A stretch of 56,814 bases of DNA from Candidatus Kapaibacterium sp. (lineage in GTDB: Bacteria; Bacteroidota; Ignavibacteria; Palsa-1295), in assembly GCA_035686785.1 (NCBI GenBank), contig DASRZC010000168.1, forward strand, positions 1 to 56,814. Direction: 5' to 3'. Positions 18,309 through 25,706 of the stretch are shown in pieces. The notes under the pieces are model-generated. The model did no database searches, was not told the DNA's origin, and saw only the letters and a list, made by a program, of their open reading frames with translations. Both the position numbers and the translations under genes were made by a program. The stretch's first letter is position 1. The number at the start of each line of letters is the position of its first letter.

Positions 18309-20640
18309 CCCGTTCAGCCAGCGCGTGTTCGGCTTGCCGAAGTTTCTCGCGGAGTTCCTCCCGCTCCTCGCGAGCGCGCTCCGCCTCGTGATTTTTCCCT
18401 GCTCGAAGTTCGGATTCGATGCGCTTGCGTTCGGTGATGTCCATGGCGACGCAATTGAATCCTTCGACTTGCTCTCCGTGCATCTCCAGCGAGGCTTTCA
18501 TCGCAAGCCAAATATCTTTCCCCTGGCGCGACCGAAATGGCGCTTCAATGTAAGAATCGGGTGTATGAGAAATAAACTGTCGAAAGAAATGCCGTTTTAC
18601 CCGTTCGCGGTCTTCGTCACCAACAAGGTCCGTGAAGTGATATTGTGTGATGTCCGCATCGCCGTATCCGCCAAGTTCCCGAACATACGGATTGGCATAC
18701 GTAAAGCGGCCTTCGCGGTCCGTGCTGAAGATAGCTTCCGAAGCGTGCTCGACTAACCGCCGGTAGCGTTCCTCCGACCGTTCGAGCGCATGAATGGTCT
18801 GCATCCGCGTCGTAATATCCGTAGCCGAAATAGCGAGGATGTCACCGATGGGAATGTATCGCGATTGATACCAGCGCCCTCCCAGATTCGGAATACGGTC
18901 GGAATATTGTTCCTCCCGAACCGGGACGCCGGCTTCCAAAATCGCGGCAAATTTTTTGATCCGCTCGGCAGATTGCGGCCCGGTCATGAGATCGCTCATG
19001 CGCCGGCCCATAATATCGCCGGCCGGCATTGGTAGAAGTTGGCGAGTGGGCGCGTTCAGATATTCCAGAGTAAAATCGACGAACGCTCCACTTCCAGCCT
19101 TCGAGCTATCCCGTATCCCCCGGAGCATAAGAAAAATATCAGGGCTGTTATCGACGACATTACGGAATCGCCGCTCGCTTTCGCGAAGCCGCTGCTCCGT
19201 TTGCTTGAGTTCGGTAACATCGCGAGCAATGGAGATGACGGATGAAATTTCCCGACCATTCTCGCCGGGCCGCTCCGAACCTTCCGGCACCAGGCGGACG
19301 TGATAGAATCGAAGCCCGCGGACCGTGCGGTATTCCACTTCCGTCGCACCGCCTTTGCCGGTTTCAAATACTTCCCGCACGGAATTTTCCCAGGGGCCAT
19401 AGACCTCCTCGCGAATTCCAATATCCTTGAAGCGCCGCCCGATGAGCGACTGCGGGCCTAAGCCCAGCACCTGTTCCACCGCCGGGTTCGCGTACAATAT
19501 GGTAAAGTCACTCGAATATCGAATAATGACATCCGGAGTATTCTCGACGAGCGCGCGGAATTCCAGCTCCCGCGACGCGGCATGTTTCTGGTTCTCCCGT
19601 AATTCCGTAATATCGCGAAAGACGATCACAATACCGGCGATTTCCCCTTGCGTGCCATGAACCGGCGCCGCCGTCAGTTCTATCGGGTAATCGACACCGA
19701 GTCGGGAAAGCAGCTTCAGAAGCCCTTTCGGCTGAAATTGCTTGCGCTCGCGTAAGACCGCAGCCGTGGGATTTTCGAGAGGAGTCCCATCGTCTTCGCT
19801 CACCGCCTGAAAAACATCCTGAATGGGGCGGCCCTGTGCCGCGGATTTCGTCCATCCCGTAAGCTCCTCCGCGCGCGAGTTCATCAAGGTAATCCGTTTG
19901 TTCGTGCCAGTCGCGATAATGGCATCATCGATCGAGAGCAGCGTGGTTTCGAGCAAATCGCGGTTCCGGTTCGTTTCCTCGATCGCTTCGGTAAACCGAT
20001 CTACAAACCGTTTCGTCTGCCGCCGGGCATTCAGGCCCATGATAATCCCGACCACAATACTCGCCACGGCGATAATCCCAATAAGCAGCGCCGTCCCACG
20101 CTGGAATTTCCGAGTGCGTGCCAGATACAGGTCGGTCTCCTGCTCATCCAGAAGCCGGAACTTAGCGCGCATCGACTCGGCGATCATCGTGCGAGACAAC
20201 AGCGCGGAATCCGTAATGGCAGTCATCGAGCCATTGTCTGCTGGCGGTGCAGCTTCCGAGAGGGAATGGCGCGCCGAGGATTGCCAGGTCCAGTAAAGCT
20301 GCATGACCGAATCGAGCCGGCGGGTTTGCACCGGGTTATCCAATACCAGGATATGCAGCGATTGGAAAAGGCTATCGACGATTTGCTCCTGCCCATGAAA
20401 TTGCACGAGAAAAATCGCCTCCGGTGTAAGGAGATAACCCCGTAGCGCGCTTTCCTGAAACTGGATATGGCGCTGGGTCTCGCTCGAAAGCGTAAGGATC
20501 TGGGACGAATGGTGGACCCAGTCGTCGGCATCCAGCATTCGATCGAGCTGCCAAACCAGCACCGCCGCATAGAGCGCGCTCAGCACGATCGGCAGGAGAA
20601 TAATGCGGTTCAGCCCGCGCTTGACAAGTTGACGCTCCAC
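18292..20640 (-). CDS. CHASE3-TM-multi-PAS sensor protein with no recognisable output domain
   Basis: 782 aa. The N-terminal periplasmic region carries the CHASE3-like ESALRGYLLT motif between two TM helices. About four PAS/PAC units follow, then a short coiled-coil tail. No H-box or HATPase motifs are visible. Confidence 0.75.
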   Translation of the reverse strand: MERQLVKRGLNRIILLPIVLSALYAAVLVWQLDRMLDADDWVHHSSQILTLSSETQRHIQFQESALRGYLLTPEAIFLVQFHGQEQIVDSLFQSLHILVLDNPVQTRRLDSVMQLYWTWQSSARHSLSEAAPPADNGSMTAITDSALLSRTMIAESMRAKFRLLDEQETDLYLARTRKFQRGTALLIGIIAVASIVVGIIMGLNARRQTKRFVDRFTEAIEETNRNRDLLETTLLSIDDAIIATGTNKRITLMNSRAEELTGWTKSAAQGRPIQDVFQAVSEDDGTPLENPTAAVLRERKQFQPKGLLKLLSRLGVDYPIELTAAPVHGTQGEIAGIVIVFRDITELRENQKHAASRELEFRALVENTPDVIIRYSSDFTILYANPAVEQVLGLGPQSLIGRRFKDIGIREEVYGPWENSVREVFETGKGGATEVEYRTVRGLRFYHVRLVPEGSERPGENGREISSVISIARDVTELKQTEQRLRESERRFRNVVDNSPDIFLMLRGIRDSSKAGSGAFVDFTLEYLNAPTRQLLPMPAGDIMGRRMSDLMTGPQSAERIKKFAAILEAGVPVREEQYSDRIPNLGGRWYQSRYIPIGDILAISATDITTRMQTIHALERSEERYRRLVEHASEAIFSTDREGRFTYANPYVRELGGYGDADITQYHFTDLVGDEDRERVKRHFFRQFISHTPDSYIEAPFRSRQGKDIWLAMKASLEMHGEQVEGFNCVAMDITERKRIESELRAGKNHEAERAREEREELREKLRQAEHALAEREKAPS

Positions 20641-20646
20641 CGGGGA

Positions 20647-20677
20647 AATTACGAATTACGAATTACGAATTACGAAT
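20647..20677. repeat. Tandem heptamer array (AATTACG)x4
   Basis: Perfect 7-nt tandem repeats starting 7 nt from the GTG start of the PAS sensor gene, which is on the minus strand. Confidence 0.95.
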
Positions 20678-20799
20678 TTGGGATTCGAATAAAGAATTAA
20701 CAATGTTCTAAAATCGTTGCGCGCCCTATAAAGTTTTCCAAAAGGGGGAAACCGAAGACTTTTTTACTATTGAAATCTTTAATTAAGTCAGTTTTTACC

Positions 20800-20923
20800 G
20801 TCATTGCGAGGAGAACGAATCGACCGAAGGGAGATTCGTTCGACGAAGCAATCCATTGATTTTACAACGGATTGCTTCGTCAGATTTTTCTCCCTTCGGT
20901 CGAAAATTCTTCCTCGCAATGAC
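20800..20923. repeat. Palindromic intergenic element, variant copy C (GTCATTGCGAGGA...TCCTCGCAATGAC)
   Basis: 124 bp with inverted termini and internal hairpins (GAACGAATC...GATTCGTTC; AGCAATCC...GGATTGCT). Confidence 0.85.
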
Positions 20924-20937
20924 ACTCTCCCGATTCA

Positions 20938-20979
20938 TAATTCGTAATTCGTAATTCGTAATTCGTAATTCGTAATTCC
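20938..20979. repeat. Tandem heptamer array (TAATTCG)x5 plus TAATTCC
   Basis: Perfect 7-nt repeats that are the reverse complement of the 20647 array. The array ends 2 nt before the GTG start of cca. Confidence 0.95.
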
Positions 20980-20981
20980 TA

Positions 20982-22457
20982 GTGCGGTTTCCCATTTCCG
21001 ATCCTATCCTCTTCGCCATCGGCGCTATTGCCGATGAGGCGAAGATGGAGGCCTATGTCGTCGGCGGCTACGTGCGCGACGAGCTGCTCGAACGCGCCCG
21101 GATGATCGGTCATCCGCGCAAGGATATCGACCTTATCGTGATTGGCGATGGCGTCGGCTTCGCTTCGCTGCTGGCGAATGAATTCGAGGGCGCGCGCCTC
21201 GCCGTTTACGAACAATTCCGCACCGCCGCGCTGCAAATCGGGGATCATACCATAGAAATCGTCGGCGCGCGGAAGGAATCCTATCGCAAAGGAAGCCGGA
21301 ACCCGATCACCGAATCCGGCACGCTGGAAGACGATCTCGCCCGCCGCGATTTTACGATCAACGCGCTGGCCGTCTCGCTGAATCAAACAAGCTTCGGCGA
21401 TTTGAACGACCGCTTCGGCGGCATCGAAGATTTGCAGCGCCATATCCTCCGCACGCCGCTCGAACCGGAGCAGACGTTCTCCGACGATCCGCTCCGCATG
21501 ATGCGCGCCGCCCGCTTTGCCGCCCAACTCGATTTCCGAGTCGATGGATACGCACTCGAAGCCATGCAGCGCATGGCCGAACGCATCCGAATCATCACGC
21601 AGGAACGAATCTCCGATGAGTTCCTGAAGATCATGGAGTCTCCCAAGCCTTCCATTGGTCTTAAAATTTTGTTCGATACCGGCTTGCTCCATTTTGTTTT
21701 TTCCGAAGTCGAAGAACTCGCCGGCGCGGAACTCCGCACCGTCATCGTGGGCGATGCCGAGCAGGAATATGCGCATAAAGATGTCTTCAAGCACACGCTG
21801 CAAGTCGTCGATAACATGGCAGCGATGACGGATGACGTCTGGCTCCGATTCGCCGCGCTGATGCATGACATCGCCAAACCGCGCACCAAACAGTTCCGCA
21901 ACGGCATCGGCTGGACGTTCTATGGCCACGATATTTTGGGCGCGCGATGGGTCGAAAAAATCTTCCGCCGCATGAAGCTGCCCGTCGAAGCGGCTCACCG
22001 CGTTGCAAAACTTGTCCGGCTACACATGCGCCCGATGGGCCTGGTCGATGAAGGCGTGACCGATTCCGCCGTCCGCCGCATCCTCTTCGAAGCCGGCGAG
22101 GATACGGACGACCTCCTCACGCTTTGCCGCGCCGACATTACCTCCAAAAATCCGAAGCTCGCCAGCCGCTATCAACGCAACTACGACATCGTAGCGGAAA
22201 AAATGGCGGAAGTCGAAGCGAAGGACCAGATGCGCGCCTTCCAATCGCCCGTCCGAGGCGAGGAGATCATGGCCATCTGCGAAATCCCGCCCTCGAAGAC
22301 CGTCGGTATCCTCAAGACCGCGATCGAGGAAGCGATCCTCGATGGAATCATTCCCAACGATCACGATGCCGCCCAGGAGTATCTGCTGAAGATCAAGGAT
22401 GAAATTCTCTCCGGGAATCCCCTCACCGAGCGGGAGCGCGCGAGGGACCGCACGTAG
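20982..22457 (+). CDS. cca: CCA-adding tRNA nucleotidyltransferase with HD domain
   Basis: 491 aa. Pol-beta head motif VVGGYVRDELL...DIDLIV. A downstream HD region (ALMHDIAKP) and a C-terminal extension are present. Confidence 0.85.
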   Translation: MRFPISDPILFAIGAIADEAKMEAYVVGGYVRDELLERARMIGHPRKDIDLIVIGDGVGFASLLANEFEGARLAVYEQFRTAALQIGDHTIEIVGARKESYRKGSRNPITESGTLEDDLARRDFTINALAVSLNQTSFGDLNDRFGGIEDLQRHILRTPLEPEQTFSDDPLRMMRAARFAAQLDFRVDGYALEAMQRMAERIRIITQERISDEFLKIMESPKPSIGLKILFDTGLLHFVFSEVEELAGAELRTVIVGDAEQEYAHKDVFKHTLQVVDNMAAMTDDVWLRFAALMHDIAKPRTKQFRNGIGWTFYGHDILGARWVEKIFRRMKLPVEAAHRVAKLVRLHMRPMGLVDEGVTDSAVRRILFEAGEDTDDLLTLCRADITSKNPKLASRYQRNYDIVAEKMAEVEAKDQMRAFQSPVRGEEIMAICEIPPSKTVGILKTAIEEAILDGIIPNDHDAAQEYLLKIKDEILSGNPLTERERARDRT

Positions 22458-22535
22458 TGCCGAAGGCACGTCCCGTTCCGGCTCGGAACTGTTCCTCCCC
22501 GTCACCAAAAGCACATGGCCTATTTTCGCGATACT

Positions 22536-23342
22536 TTAGGACAGCGCATACAAAAATATCCCGCTCGCCACTCCGACATTCAGCGAGTCGATGCCTTCGG
22601 CCATCGGAATCCGCGCAAGCACGTCGCAGGCGGCTGCTACTTCTTTCCGCATTCCCCAGCCTTCGGAGCCAAAGACGAAAACAACATTCCCTTCCTTGGA
22701 AACCTGAGCGAGATCGACACTCTCCTCTGACAATGACGCACCTATGCGACGAATGGGTCTTATGGGACGGATATTTTCCAGTGCAATTGCCAGATCCGTT
22801 ACTCGAATAATTTCCACATCCACGATCGTTCCCATGGAGACTCTTACCGAGCGGCGAAGCCATGGGTTGCAGCTTTTCTCATCCACGATCACGGCCTTTG
22901 CGCCGAAGGCGGCGGCATTGCGGATGATCGCACCCATATTTTCCGCATCGGCAATGCCATCGAGCGCGACGGCCATCCAGGGAGGTTTCCATTCCGCGAC
23001 GGCTTTAGATAGCTCGCGATTTTTCGGAATGCGGACCGCGAGCATCACGCCCTGGTGAAGATGGTAGCCGATAATTTGCTCCATTTCATCCTTCGAGGCG
23101 AGAAATATATCCGTCCCATCTGTCCGGTCAGACCTATCATCAAAAAGGTTTTGCAAACTATTGAAGCGATCTTCGGTCATGTAAGCGGCCGGCACCTCCA
23201 AAGAACTTTCGAGCACCTTCCGCACCACCTTCTCCCCTTCGGCGATAAAAAGCCCCTTCTCGAAGTGCCCGCCCTTGCCTTTGAGCGAGCGGAAATCCTC
23301 GATATCCGATGGTGAGTATTCGCTGATAAGATGATAGGCCAT
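22536..23342 (-). CDS. TrmH/SpoU-family RNA 2'-O-methyltransferase
   Basis: SpoU motifs are NMGAIIRNAAAFG, VFVFGSEGWGM and IPMAEGIDSLNVGVASGIFLY. The start is taken at MAYHLI; the ORF track extends to 23420. Confidence 0.85.
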   Translation of the reverse strand: MAYHLISEYSPSDIEDFRSLKGKGGHFEKGLFIAEGEKVVRKVLESSLEVPAAYMTEDRFNSLQNLFDDRSDRTDGTDIFLASKDEMEQIIGYHLHQGVMLAVRIPKNRELSKAVAEWKPPWMAVALDGIADAENMGAIIRNAAAFGAKAVIVDEKSCNPWLRRSVRVSMGTIVDVEIIRVTDLAIALENIRPIRPIRRIGASLSEESVDLAQVSKEGNVVFVFGSEGWGMRKEVAAACDVLARIPMAEGIDSLNVGVASGIFLYALS

Positions 23343-23489
23343 ACATGAAGAACAATGGGAACATCGAGTCAGTCCACAACGATTAATTCTTGCTATTAGA
23401 ATACTATCCGATGATGGCAACTTTTTATAGGTACTGAGCGGTTTAGGCGCCTCTTAACAACCGTTAAGATTAGCCCCACAAAAATCATA

Positions 23490-23771
23490 ATGCGAATGCA
23501 GTCAAAAGAGAAAGAATTAGTACCCGGCACGGAAGAGCCGAACATCAAAATCGCCACACCGCTCAGCCGGTTGCAGGTCTCGCTTATCCAGGAATCGCTC
23601 CGCGAGACGGGCTGGAAGCACTCGGATTTTTACTCCGGCGCCACCAGCGCCAGCGGCGTTCGCCCGCAGTTCAAGATGACCGTCTTCCAGGCGAAGACGG
23701 GCTTGAAGCGCAGCGAAGTCGTGCAGAAGCTCAAGTCCATCGTTGGGACGTTCAAAGAAGAGAAAGTCTGA
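23490..23771 (+). CDS. Hypothetical protein
   Basis: 93-aa ORF in an otherwise empty gap. No family is recognised. Confidence 0.35.
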   Translation: MRMQSKEKELVPGTEEPNIKIATPLSRLQVSLIQESLRETGWKHSDFYSGATSASGVRPQFKMTVFQAKTGLKRSEVVQKLKSIVGTFKEEKV

Positions 23772-23854
23772 CAACGGTTTCTGCACGGCGCCCGAGGGAA
23801 TTACCCTGAATTCGCGGAACTCTCCGCGTCTTCGGAGCGATAGCCGATAGGTCA

Positions 23855-25162
23855 ATGATCGACTCCGCTCCGCTCGCCAAAAATTCAGCCAACACTCGCA
23901 TCCGGCTCGATTCCATCGACGCCTTGCGCGGCATTGCCGCGCTCATGGTCGCGGGATACCATATCTGGGGACATTATGGCGTCTATCCCTTCCCCTCGCT
24001 TGGCGTCGTTCCGTGGACGAAATCTGCCGGAGTTTTCTCCTATCTTGTTTCGCCATTCCGGTGGGGTTATCTTGGCGTCGGGCTTTTTCTTGTCCTGAGT
24101 GGATTCTGCATCCATCTCCCTTTTGCCCGGAAACGGGATGAGGCTGGAAGCTACCAATTCGAGTGGCGCAAGTTTTATCTTCGGCGCCTCTGGCGGCTTT
24201 ATCCGGCGTATGCAGCTTCCGTGATCGGTACGTTCGTGCTGCTCTTCTTCGCGGCTCACTGGACGCATTTTATCGGCGCGGTGCCGTCCATTGGCGATCT
24301 CCTTACGCATCTCACGCTCACGCATGGCTACTTCGACCGGTATTTCTATGGCATCGTCGATGTCTATTGGTCGCTCGCGCTGGAATTCCAGTTGTATCTC
24401 GCCTATCCCATTTTTTTATATTTATTTCGCCGCGTGGGGCTTAGCCGCTCGATTGTTTTCCTCACGATATTCTCGCTTTTATGGCGGCTCGTTTCGATGA
24501 ATGTATTTCATTCCCAGTTGATCAGCGTAGCATGGACCGGCCCCTACGCGATGATGGGCTGCATCTTCGCGCGGATGCCGGAGTGGCTCTTCGGCGCGTG
24601 GCTGGCGGAATGGTTCGTAAGGTCGCGGGCAGCATCGCCCGCTCTTCGGGATAAGAATTGGAAACGTCTGCCGCTCGCCTCCGCCGGCGTTGTCGTGCTA
24701 TTTACGGCAATACTTTCAACGCTCGCGCAATCGCTGTGGGTTTTCACCGATTCGCTGTTCGGCGTGGGCTTCGCCTTCGTTATTGCCTCCGCCATCGTAC
24801 CGGGAAGAAAGGCATTCGCGATAAATCCGCCGAAGTCGGAAGAAAATAGATTCTACCGCCTGCTCATTTGGATGGGGACGATCAGCTACTCGCTCTATCT
24901 TTTCCATAAGCAATTCTCCTGGTTTGCGAATCCATGGATTAGGGAAATATCGAGTCCGACGTTGCAATTCGCACTGCGGATAGTCGTATTTCTCATTTCC
25001 ATTCCGATCATTGCGCTCATCTTTCGTCTGGTGGAAGCGCCGTTTCTCTCCGCTCCGCGTCCGGGAAAAAAACTATTCGCACTATATCAACGCATCGGCC
25101 ATGCGCTTGGCATAAAATCGGATGCTCCTATTGTAGTCCAACTCGAAAGCGTGACATCGTAG
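23855..25162 (+). CDS. Acyltransferase family 3 (OafA/YrhL-like) membrane protein
   Basis: 435 aa and multi-TM. The N-terminal signature is LDSIDALRGIAALMVAGYH. Confidence 0.85.
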   Translation: MIDSAPLAKNSANTRIRLDSIDALRGIAALMVAGYHIWGHYGVYPFPSLGVVPWTKSAGVFSYLVSPFRWGYLGVGLFLVLSGFCIHLPFARKRDEAGSYQFEWRKFYLRRLWRLYPAYAASVIGTFVLLFFAAHWTHFIGAVPSIGDLLTHLTLTHGYFDRYFYGIVDVYWSLALEFQLYLAYPIFLYLFRRVGLSRSIVFLTIFSLLWRLVSMNVFHSQLISVAWTGPYAMMGCIFARMPEWLFGAWLAEWFVRSRAASPALRDKNWKRLPLASAGVVVLFTAILSTLAQSLWVFTDSLFGVGFAFVIASAIVPGRKAFAINPPKSEENRFYRLLIWMGTISYSLYLFHKQFSWFANPWIREISSPTLQFALRIVVFLISIPIIALIFRLVEAPFLSAPRPGKKLFALYQRIGHALGIKSDAPIVVQLESVTS

Positions 25163-25167
25163 ATGCA

Positions 25168-25449
25168 TTGTCTTTTGGTTGGGCATCATCAGGAGCCATA
25201 ATGACAATCATTGCCCAATCGAATTCCTTATCCGACGCCTACGAAGGCATGGCGGCGCTTCGCTTGAAAGCGATTCCGCCGGCGCTTTCCAAGCAAGGCG
25301 AGGTGCTCGTCATCAGCGTCGATGACGACTTCGCCAATTCCGCGCGGCAAATCCTTTCCGGTGATAACCGCTTCACGAACTTGACCGACTCGTTCGATCG
25401 CATGGATAATAGCGGGATCCTTCCCGGATTCGAAGAGTATAACGCTTAA
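25168..25449 (+). CDS. Hypothetical protein
   Basis: 93-aa ORF (alternative start 25201) immediately downstream of the acyltransferase gene. A strong terminator follows it. Confidence 0.4.
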   Translation: MSFGWASSGAIMTIIAQSNSLSDAYEGMAALRLKAIPPALSKQGEVLVISVDDDFANSARQILSGDNRFTNLTDSFDRMDNSGILPGFEEYNA

Positions 25450-25468
25450 AACAATTAATAAATAAATT

Positions 25469-25506
25469 GCCCCGCCCGATAATCAGTCGGGCGGGGCATT
25501 CTTTTG
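25469..25506 (+). terminator. Rho-independent terminator
   Basis: Perfect 11-bp stem GCCCCGCCCGA / TCGGGCGGGGC with loop TAATCAG, followed by ATTCTTTTG. Confidence 0.85.
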
Positions 25507-25706
25507 TCCTGCATTTAATTTGGATGAACTCACCGAAATGATGATCGTTCATCCGCGATGCCCGTATTCAACGAGAGCACCGTTAGGAAGGAGCAACTGC
25601 GCATGACCGCTCATGCTAAAGCCATGATTGCTCATGCTAAAGTACATGATCGCTCATGATACAAGAACGCTCGAGCGCCCTCGGGTTACAAAATAAATTT
25701 AGGTTT

